Assembly (NCBI GenBank): GCA_951406725.2
Contig: OX597843.1
Span: 12,028,001 to 12,092,000 of the forward strand
Length of the DNA stretch: 64,000 nt
DNA from: Octopus vulgaris
Lineage: Eukaryota
Direction of reading: 5' to 3'
Shown here: positions 56,936-64,000 of the stretch, one piece after another
How positions within the stretch are numbered: position 1 is the stretch's first letter
Layout of the letters: each line of letters opens with the position of its first letter
Notes under the pieces: model-generated
What the model was told of the DNA's origin: nothing
What the model saw: the letters and a program-made list of their open reading frames with translations, nothing else
Database searches by the model: none
Program-made: the position numbers and the translations under genes

Positions 56936-57114
56936 ATTATTATAGTAGTACAGTTTTGAATTTGCTACTAAAAGTGGTCTATGTTTGTGGTGGTGGTGAG
57001 TAGAGCAGTTTGGGAATCATTGATCTACATCTGAGAAGGGCGATCCTTCGGTACAGGTACCGTAAGTAGCTTTGTTTACATATCTGAAGACAACAGAAAC
57101 TCTTTTCTCCCACC

Positions 57115-57152
57115 CCTAACCCTAACACAAACCCTAACCCTAACCCTAACCC
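57115..57152 (-). repeat. Short interstitial (TTAGGG)n
   Basis: ccctaaccctaa caca aaccctaaccctaaccctaac. Confidence 0.85.
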
Positions 57153-57160
57153 CCTATATA

Positions 57161-57354
57161 TACTCTTTTACTCTTTTACTTGTTTCAGTCATTTGACTGC
57201 GGCCATGCTGGAGCACCGCCTTTAGTCGAGCAAATCGACCCCAGGACTTATTCTTTGTAAGCCCAGTACTTATTCTATCGGTATCTTTTGCCGAACCGCT
57301 AAGTAACGGGGACATAAACACACCAGCATCGGTTGTCAAGCAATGCTAGGGGGA

Positions 57355-57406
<52 letters not shown>

Positions 57407-57582
57407 GATATATATATATATATATACATATATACGATAGGCTTCTTTCAGTTTCCGTCTACCAAATCCACTCACAAGGCATTGGTCGGCCCGAGGCTAT
57501 AGTAGAAGACACTTGCCCAAGATGCCACGCAGTGGGACTGAACCCGCAACCATGTGGTTGGTTAGCAAGCTACTTACCACAC
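57161..57582 (-). mobile_element. Type-2 SINE, near full length
   Basis: Reverse complement of 55897-56358. Confidence 0.9.
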
Positions 57583-57841
57583 AAAGCACTTTCTTGAAAT
57601 GTATCCGGTACTTCCGGTACCTATACCGAAGTTAGCCTCTGAGAAGTATTTGTAGAAAGTTTCATTAAAAAATACCAGTTTTAAAGAAAGTTCTAAGAAA
57701 ACAAAACTTGTGGGGCCCGTTTGTGTAGTTATGCCGCAATATCAGTCTCTGTGACATTGGAATTGTATGTATTCGTTTACTGACGTTTTTATCAACCCTT
57801 TCCTCGTCTCTTCTCTCCATCTCATTTCACACCATTTTCCC

Positions 57842-58383
57842 GGCGATCCTTCGTCTCTAGTAGACCTTTCCGTCGATTTCCGTAAAATATTTTTTTTTTT
57901 TTACATATGGGCTTGCGGGAACTTTTGAAGTAATGAGAGCGAAAGAGACTAAGAGAAAGCGATTGTATGACGAGGGAAGTTCTTTTGAAGTTACCGTGCA
58001 TGGGAAGCATTGATGTACATGTGTGTGTGTGTGTGTTTGTGTTTGATGGGGTGTGGGAGACAGACAGTATGTTGTGTAAGTGAAGTGCTTCTGTTAGTGT
58101 GTGTGAAGAGACAGAGAGAGTAATGTGTGAAAGAAAGAGATAACTGGAATTTTTTACTCGGTATATGTGTATATGTATATTCTTTACTCTCTTTTACTCT
58201 TTTACTTGTTTCAGTCATTTGACTGCGGCCATGCTGGAGCACCGCCTTTAGTCGAGCAAATCGACCCCGGGACTTATTCTTTGTAAGCCCAGTACTTATT
58301 CCATCTTTCCCTTTTGCCGAACCGCTAAGTGACGGGGACGTAAACACACCAGCATCGGTTGTCAAGCAATGCTAGGGGGACAA

Positions 58384-58414
<31 letters not shown>

Positions 58415-58621
58415 CTCTTACTCTTTACTCTTTTACTTGTTTCAGTCATTTGACTGCGGCCATACTGGAGCACCGCCTTTAATCGAACAACTCGACCCCG
58501 GGATTTATTCTTTTGTAAGCCCAGTACTTATTCTATCGGTCTCTTTTGCCGAACCGCTAAGTGACGGGGACGTAAACACACCAGCATCGGTTGTCAAGCA
58601 ATGCTAGGGGGACAAACACAA

Positions 58622-58695
<74 letters not shown>

Positions 58696-58959
58696 GACGG
58701 GCTTCTTTCAGTTTCCATCTACCAAATCCACTCACAAGGCTTTGGTCGGCCCGAGGCTATAGCAGAAGACACTTGCCCAAGGTGCCACGCAGTGGGACTG
58801 AACCCGGAACCATGTGGTTGGTAAGCAAGCTACTTACCACACAGCCACTCCTGCGCCTATATATTACTTCAAAAGTTCCCGCAAGCCCATATGTAAAAAA
58901 AAAAAAAAAATTTTTTTACGGAAATAGACGGAAAAGTCTACTAGAGACGAAAGATCGCC
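57842..58959. mobile_element. TIR element (~95-bp inverted arms) containing nested SINEs
   Basis: ggcgatccttcgtctctagtagac...gggaacttttgaagtaat (57842-57934) is inverted at 58863-58959. Confidence 0.7.
58183..58857 (-). mobile_element. Tandem type-2 SINEs (3' half at 58183-58400; full copy at 58415-58857)
   Basis: Two (ttttactc)n tails; one complete head ending cactcctgcgcct. Confidence 0.9.
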
Positions 58960-58974
58960 CCACCGGCGATCTTC

Positions 58975-59177
58975 ATTCTTTCTCACACCCTTTTCGTTTA
59001 ACACTGCCCCACGTTCTTTCTTCTTTCTTTCTATCTTTCGTCCTTTCTTTCTCTCCTTTCTCTCTCACCCCTCGTTTCTTTTTCTCCCTCACCTTTCTTT
59101 CCTTCTTTCTCTCCCCCGCTTCATACCTTCTTAACTCACCTATTAATTATACCCACCTCTATATTTCCACTTACTTC

Positions 59178-59209
<32 letters not shown>

Positions 59210-59413
59210 ATGTTTCGTCTCATTCGATACCCTGACCCCCAAGGTTTGTTTTGTCCCCTCTTTTTCTCAACCTTATGGTGAATAAAGAAATACTCTCTCT
59301 CTCTCTCTCTCTCTTTTTCTCTCTCTCTTTTTCTCTTTCTCTCTCTCTTTTTTTCTCTCTCTCTCCCTCTCTCTTTCTCTCTTTCTTTTTCTCTCTCTCT
59401 CTCTCTTTCTATT

Positions 59414-59444
<31 letters not shown>

Positions 59445-59735
59445 ATTTCTCTCTCTTTTTCTCTCTCTCTTTCTTCTCTCTTTCTCTCTTTCTCTCTCTC
59501 TCTTTCTCTCTCTCCCTCTCTCTTTCTCTCTCTCTTTCCACCTGTATAAACACACGCACCCACACAGACACAGTCACACATATAGTGACACTCACACACA
59601 CACACATACACAAAACCCTCCCCTTTTTCCCCATTCACCACGCCCCTCATCTACTACGATTTACTCCTCTTCTCTCCTCCCTCTCTCTTTCATTTTAACT
59701 CTTCCTCTTCCGTCACTTCCCCGTCTCTGTTGACC
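58975..59735. repeat. Pyrimidine-rich (CT)n low complexity
   Basis: Directly visible. Confidence 0.9.
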
Positions 59736-59884
59736 CAAACTTTTCATATCGAATTCAGATACAACCACACACGCACTCAATACATATCTACTTATAAACT
59801 CTCACTCACTCACACAAACAAACAAAGGCGAAATCTCATCTGGGGTAAGTTCCGTTTTTAACTAACTATATTATGTCAGCTCAT

Positions 59885-59992
59885 TAAATAAGTACCCGTT
59901 ACGCACTGGGTATCGATATAATCGACTTAATCCGTTTGTCTGTCCTTCTTTGTCCCCTCTGTGTTTAGCCCCCTGTGGGTAGTAAAGAAATA
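59885..59992 (+). mobile_element. 5'-truncated type-1 SINE with 18-bp TSD
   Basis: TSD tatattatgtcagctcat (59867-59884) / tatattatatcagctcat (59993-60010). Confidence 0.85.
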
Positions 59993-60262
59993 TATATTAT
60001 ATCAGCTCATGTATTGACCGTTGCCCAACCTCCTCAGCAACGTTTAAAGACGGAATAAATAGGAGTTTTGACGGTTAAGGCCCCAGGGTTAATCGACTTA
60101 ATCCGTTTGTCTGTCCTCGTTTGTCCCCTCTGTGTTTAGCCCCTCTGTGGGTAGTAAAGAAATATATATTATATCAGCTCATTTATTGACCGTTGCCCAA
60201 CCTCCTCAGCAACGTTTAAAGACGGAATATATAGGAGTTTTGACGGTTAAGGCCCCAGGGTT
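59920..60262 (+). repeat. 171-bp tandem duplication (SINE tail plus flank)
   Basis: aatcgacttaatccg at 59920 and 60091; both copies end ggccccagggtt. Confidence 0.95.
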
Positions 60263-61230
60263 CTTTAGTTCGTGTCCCCAAGTTACCTAAAATATTTTAA
60301 AGTTTTATTTTCATTTCGATAACTTCATGTCATCGAAACCGCTATCAGAAACTAGTTCAACGTCGAGGAAGCAATTTAATCTCTCCTAAATTACATCTAG
60401 TTTTTTTTTATATTTAAAGGACATATTTAATAGTCATCTATGTAGTCCGGTGAGTCACAAGATGAAATATCTGCTCAATATGAGCCCAACAACTATCTGA
60501 GACCGTACACGCAGTTATTAATTAATTAATTAATTAATGAAACCCATGAATTCGATCTGTTTTGAATGAGCGAATTATGAAACTATACCACGAAGTCAAT
60601 ATCATATAGATGTATGTATATATAATGAAATTCCCCCCTCGCGCCGTTGTGTAGGGACCCGTTGTCGTATACCTCCTGTCTTTTTTCTTTTGTTCTTTAG
60701 CTTTCAGATCAACTAGTCAGACATTCTAACCACGACCATCCCTTCTATTCTTTTTTTATTTCTTTTTTTAAACACTACTGTATCACATAGTTGAATTATT
60801 CAACATTTGGCTTGAGGAAGATTTATCGACTTCGTCGGTCGAAGAGCATTTGCTTATTCCATCCAAGTCTGGGAGGTTTCGAAGGAAGAACTGGTTCTTT
60901 ATTTTATCGACTGGGAAGGATGAAAGGCAATGTTCGCATTTGGCGGGGTTTTATTTAACTCAAAACACACACAACTGTGAATGTTTGGGGTAGAAGGGTT
61001 TCCCAAAATCCACACGAGTCAGTGTTGTGACATAACTTTTCAGAAAAAATGTGTATTTTTTTTTAGAATGAAATTTTCAACGAACACGTGTAGATTTTGA
61101 CTATATCGGAATTTAATTAGAAAAATAGGGGGGAGGAAATAAAAAAGGGGGACTCGCACATACATACTGACACATACCACATACATATCTACGAAATTGG
61201 AAATTTCGAAAACAATTGCGATGTAAATTT

Positions 61231-61592
61231 AGGCGCAGGAGTGGCTGTTTGGTAAGTAGCTTGCTAACCAACCACATGGTTCCGGGTTCAGTCCCACTGC
61301 GTGGCACATTGGGCAAGTGTCTTCTGCTATAGCCCCGGGCCGACCAATGCCTTGTGAGTGGATTTGGTAGACGGAAACTGAAAGAAGCCTGTCGTATATA
61401 TGTATATATATATATATATGTATGTGTGTCTGTGTTTGTCCCCCTAGCATTGCTTGACAACCAATGCTGGTGTGTTTACGTCCCCGTCACTTAGCGGTTC
61501 GGCAAAAAGAGACCGATAGAATAAGTACTAAAAGGTGGTGCTCCAGCATGGCCGCAGTCAAATGACTGAAACAAGTAAAAGAGTAAAAGAGT
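61231..61592 (+). mobile_element. Type-2 SINE with a short internal deletion
   Basis: Head aggcgcaggagtggc, tail gtaaaagagtaaaagag; lacks the gtcgag hairpin segment. Confidence 0.9.
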
Positions 61593-62267
61593 GTGTGTAA
61601 GTGTCCATTTTCCTGGATGTTATGAGGAACCCAAGTGCTCGTGTTTAACAGTTGTGTGTGTATTTGATAAAGGTAGTTATGGCCGGTCTCTGGGGGTTAC
61701 CTGTCACGTTCATAAAGCTCTTAGCTTTACAGCATCTCTTCTTAAGGCCCTAATGGGGCAAATAAAACCAAGCACTTTATGGACGTGAAACCCAGGGTAA
61801 CCCCACAAACCTGCCATAACAATCTCTATCTAAATTACTCCACTGCTCCGTATCTTAGAGTGTGTGTCTCTCTTCCGGATTTATGATTTCCTGACGATAT
61901 ACATGTATTTATTCCATCACCACTTGGTAAAACCGGTGCTGGTTTGTTTATGTCCCCATTAATTAGCTGATCGGGATTTTGTTAAATTTCTTCCAACCAT
62001 TTGAATATTTAAAAAGGCGAAGTTTCGCATGTCGTAGATAAGATTTCCGTCGATTTCCGTAAAAAACTTTTATTTTTTTACATAAGTAATGAGAGCGAAA
62101 GAGACTAAGAGGAAGCGATTTTACGACGAGAAGGTTTCACTTTGAAGTCGGCCTGTGTGTGTTTGATGGGGTGTGGGAGACAGACAGTATGTTGTGTAAG
62201 TGAAGTGCTTCTGTTAGTGTGTGCGAAGAGACAGAGAGAGTAATGTGTGAAAGAGAGAGATAACTGA

Positions 62268-62371
62268 TTTTTTACTCGGTGTATGTGTATATGTATGTAT
62301 GCATGTGTGTGTGTGTGTGTATGTATCTATGTGTGTGTGTGTAAGTATGTGTGTGTGTATGTATGTATGTA

Positions 62372-62402
<31 letters not shown>

Positions 62403-62568
62403 GTGTGTGTATGTATCTATGTATGTGTGTGTGTGTATGTATGGCCGATTCATAGTAATTTTTTACTCGGTGTATGTGTATATGTATGTATGCATGTATG
62501 TGTGTGTGTGTGTGTATGTATCTATGTATGTGTGTGTGTGTGTAAGTATGTGTGTGTGTATGTATGTA

Positions 62569-62601
<33 letters not shown>

Positions 62602-62671
62602 GTGTGTGTATGTATGTATGTATGGCCGATTCATAATTTTTTACTCGGTGTATGTGTATATGTATGTCTGC

Positions 62672-62707
<36 letters not shown>

Positions 62708-62779
62708 GTGTGTGTGTGTATGTATCTATGTATGTGTGTGTATGTATGTATGTATGGCCGATTCATAGTAATTTTTTAC
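62268..62779 (+). repeat. ~180-bp tandem units of TG/TGTA microsatellite with a unique spacer
   Basis: Spacer atggccgattcata(gta)attttttact at ~62441, ~62622 and ~62754. Confidence 0.9.
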
Positions 62780-62925
62780 TAGAATCTAGCAAAAACTGTC
62801 CAATGAACGGCAACGTGAAACTCAGAGTAACAGGTTTTGTTGAATTTTCTGCTGCTTTAAATAAAGCATATTACTCTACCACTGGTATTTGAGTACTCTT
62901 TTTTCCACCTTGTTTTACATATACT
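62778..62925 (+). mobile_element. Penelope-like terminal repeat with a mutated hammerhead core
   Basis: ctgt-ccaatga-acggcaacgt-gaaactcagagta-acag...aataaa; homologous to 63872-64000. Confidence 0.7.
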
Positions 62926-63301
62926 CCGATATATATATATATATATAGTTTAATTAAAGGTTAAATGTCTAATTAAGGGATAATAAAATACAATGAATAT
63001 ACTGGTTTATTACCTATTACAAGAAGTATTGAATATTATATTTAATATTCAACTATAAGGTAATTAGATAAACTGGGGTTTATATATATAGGAAAATAAA
63101 GATAATTAAATTGATAATTGTGTGTTGATTACTATTGATGTCCAATTTTGTAACTAATGAATAATTATAAAAATAATTATTTCTATTTTCTTTATATATA
63201 TAAAATTAGAAAAAAAACACCTTTTATCAATTCAAAATGAACAATTAAATTACACCAAATAATAATTAAATTCCCTCAAAATATAATTATATATATATAT
63301 A

Positions 63302-63691
63302 CTTTTACTTGTGTCAGTCATTTGACTGCGGCCATGCTGGAGCACCGCCTTTAGTCGAGCGAATCGCCCCCAGGACTTATTCTTTGTAAGCCTAGTACTT
63401 ATTCTATCGGTCTCGTTTTGCCGAACTGCTAAGTTACGGGGGACGTAAACACACCAGCATTGGTTGTCAAGTGATGTTGGGGGGACAAACACAGACATAC
63501 AAACGTATTCATACACGCACACACACATATATATATATACATACATATATATGACAGGCTTCTTTCAGTTTCCATCTACAAAATCCACTCACAAGGCTTT
63601 GGTCAGCCCAAGGCTATAGTAGAAGACACTTGCCCAAGGTGCCACGCAGTGGGACTGAACCCGGAACCATGTGGTTGGTAAGCAAGCTACT
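63302..63691 (-). mobile_element. Type-2 SINE
   Basis: Reverse complement of the SINE sequence seen elsewhere in the window. Confidence 0.9.
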
Positions 63692-63871
63692 TTGTTTCAT
63701 TATGATTTGCATTGAAGGCATTACAAAGAGGGGATAAACAGAGACAGACAAATATAAAATGGTGTAGTAGCTGCTATATTGTTTTAAAAATTAATGATGA
63801 TAATATACTTTAAAAATACACACACACACACACATATATATACACACATCACACACACACACATATATATA

Positions 63872-64000
63872 CTTTATTCAAAGCAGCAGAAAATTCAACA
63901 AAACCTGTTACTCTGAGTTTCACGTTCCCGTTCGTCAGACAGTTTTTGCTGGAATCTAGCAAAAACTGTCCGACGAACGGGAACGTGAAACTCAGAGTAA
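63872..64000. mobile_element. Head-to-head inverted Penelope-like terminal repeats (truncated by window end)
   Basis: Palindrome 63908-64000 centred on gga-a-tct; each arm carries a hammerhead motif. Confidence 0.75.
63897..63950 (-). ncRNA. Minimal type-I hammerhead ribozyme motif, intact core
   Basis: Minus strand: CUGU-CUGACGA-ACG(GGAA)CGU-GAAA-CUC(A)GA-GUA-ACAG. All core nucleotides present, GUA cleavage triplet, stem I extendable to ~12 bp with 1 mismatch. Confidence 0.85.

Noticed and set aside
57083-57102. ctgaaga..gaaac as another hammerhead
   Set aside because: No stem II or flanking stems can form.
60270-61220. Possible unique exon or regulatory DNA
   Set aside because: No convincing ORF, splice pattern or recognisable motif; left unannotated.
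46037-62892. CV/HT/LS/ER-rich ORFs (e.g. 46114, 48345, 59251, 62299)
   Set aside because: Translations of TG, CA, CT and GA microsatellites.

Overview
This is AT-rich eukaryotic DNA made almost entirely of repeats, with no intact host gene supported. The repeat content (three tRNA-head SINE types, RTE LINE, mariner, Helitrons, dense CA/TA microsatellites) resembles an octopus genome, which is an inference. (1) 1-9915 and 10309-20407 are near-identical copies of a ~10 kb block on either side of a 100-N gap. Each holds SINEs, a non-autonomous Helitron, a decayed RTE LINE, a deleted mariner, and a mariner with a nested DD41D element. (2) At 20.67-21.58 kb are simple repeats, followed by a near-homogeneous ~33-copy 70-bp GC-rich array whose unit folds into one long hairpin, next to a Helitron-like 5' end. 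(3) 24.4-53.6 kb is a 29-bp AT satellite with variant domains, higher-order repeats, inserted SINEs and an inverted block. It is interrupted at 44.8-50.7 kb by composite Helitrons, one carrying a Pif1-like helicase fragment. (4) 53.6-64 kb is a SINE/MITE/microsatellite mosaic ending in a head-to-head pair of Penelope-type minimal hammerhead ribozyme motifs. The best candidates for follow-up are the hammerhead palindrome, the 70-bp hairpin array and the composite-Helitron structures. All calls were read by eye; boundaries of decayed elements are approximate.
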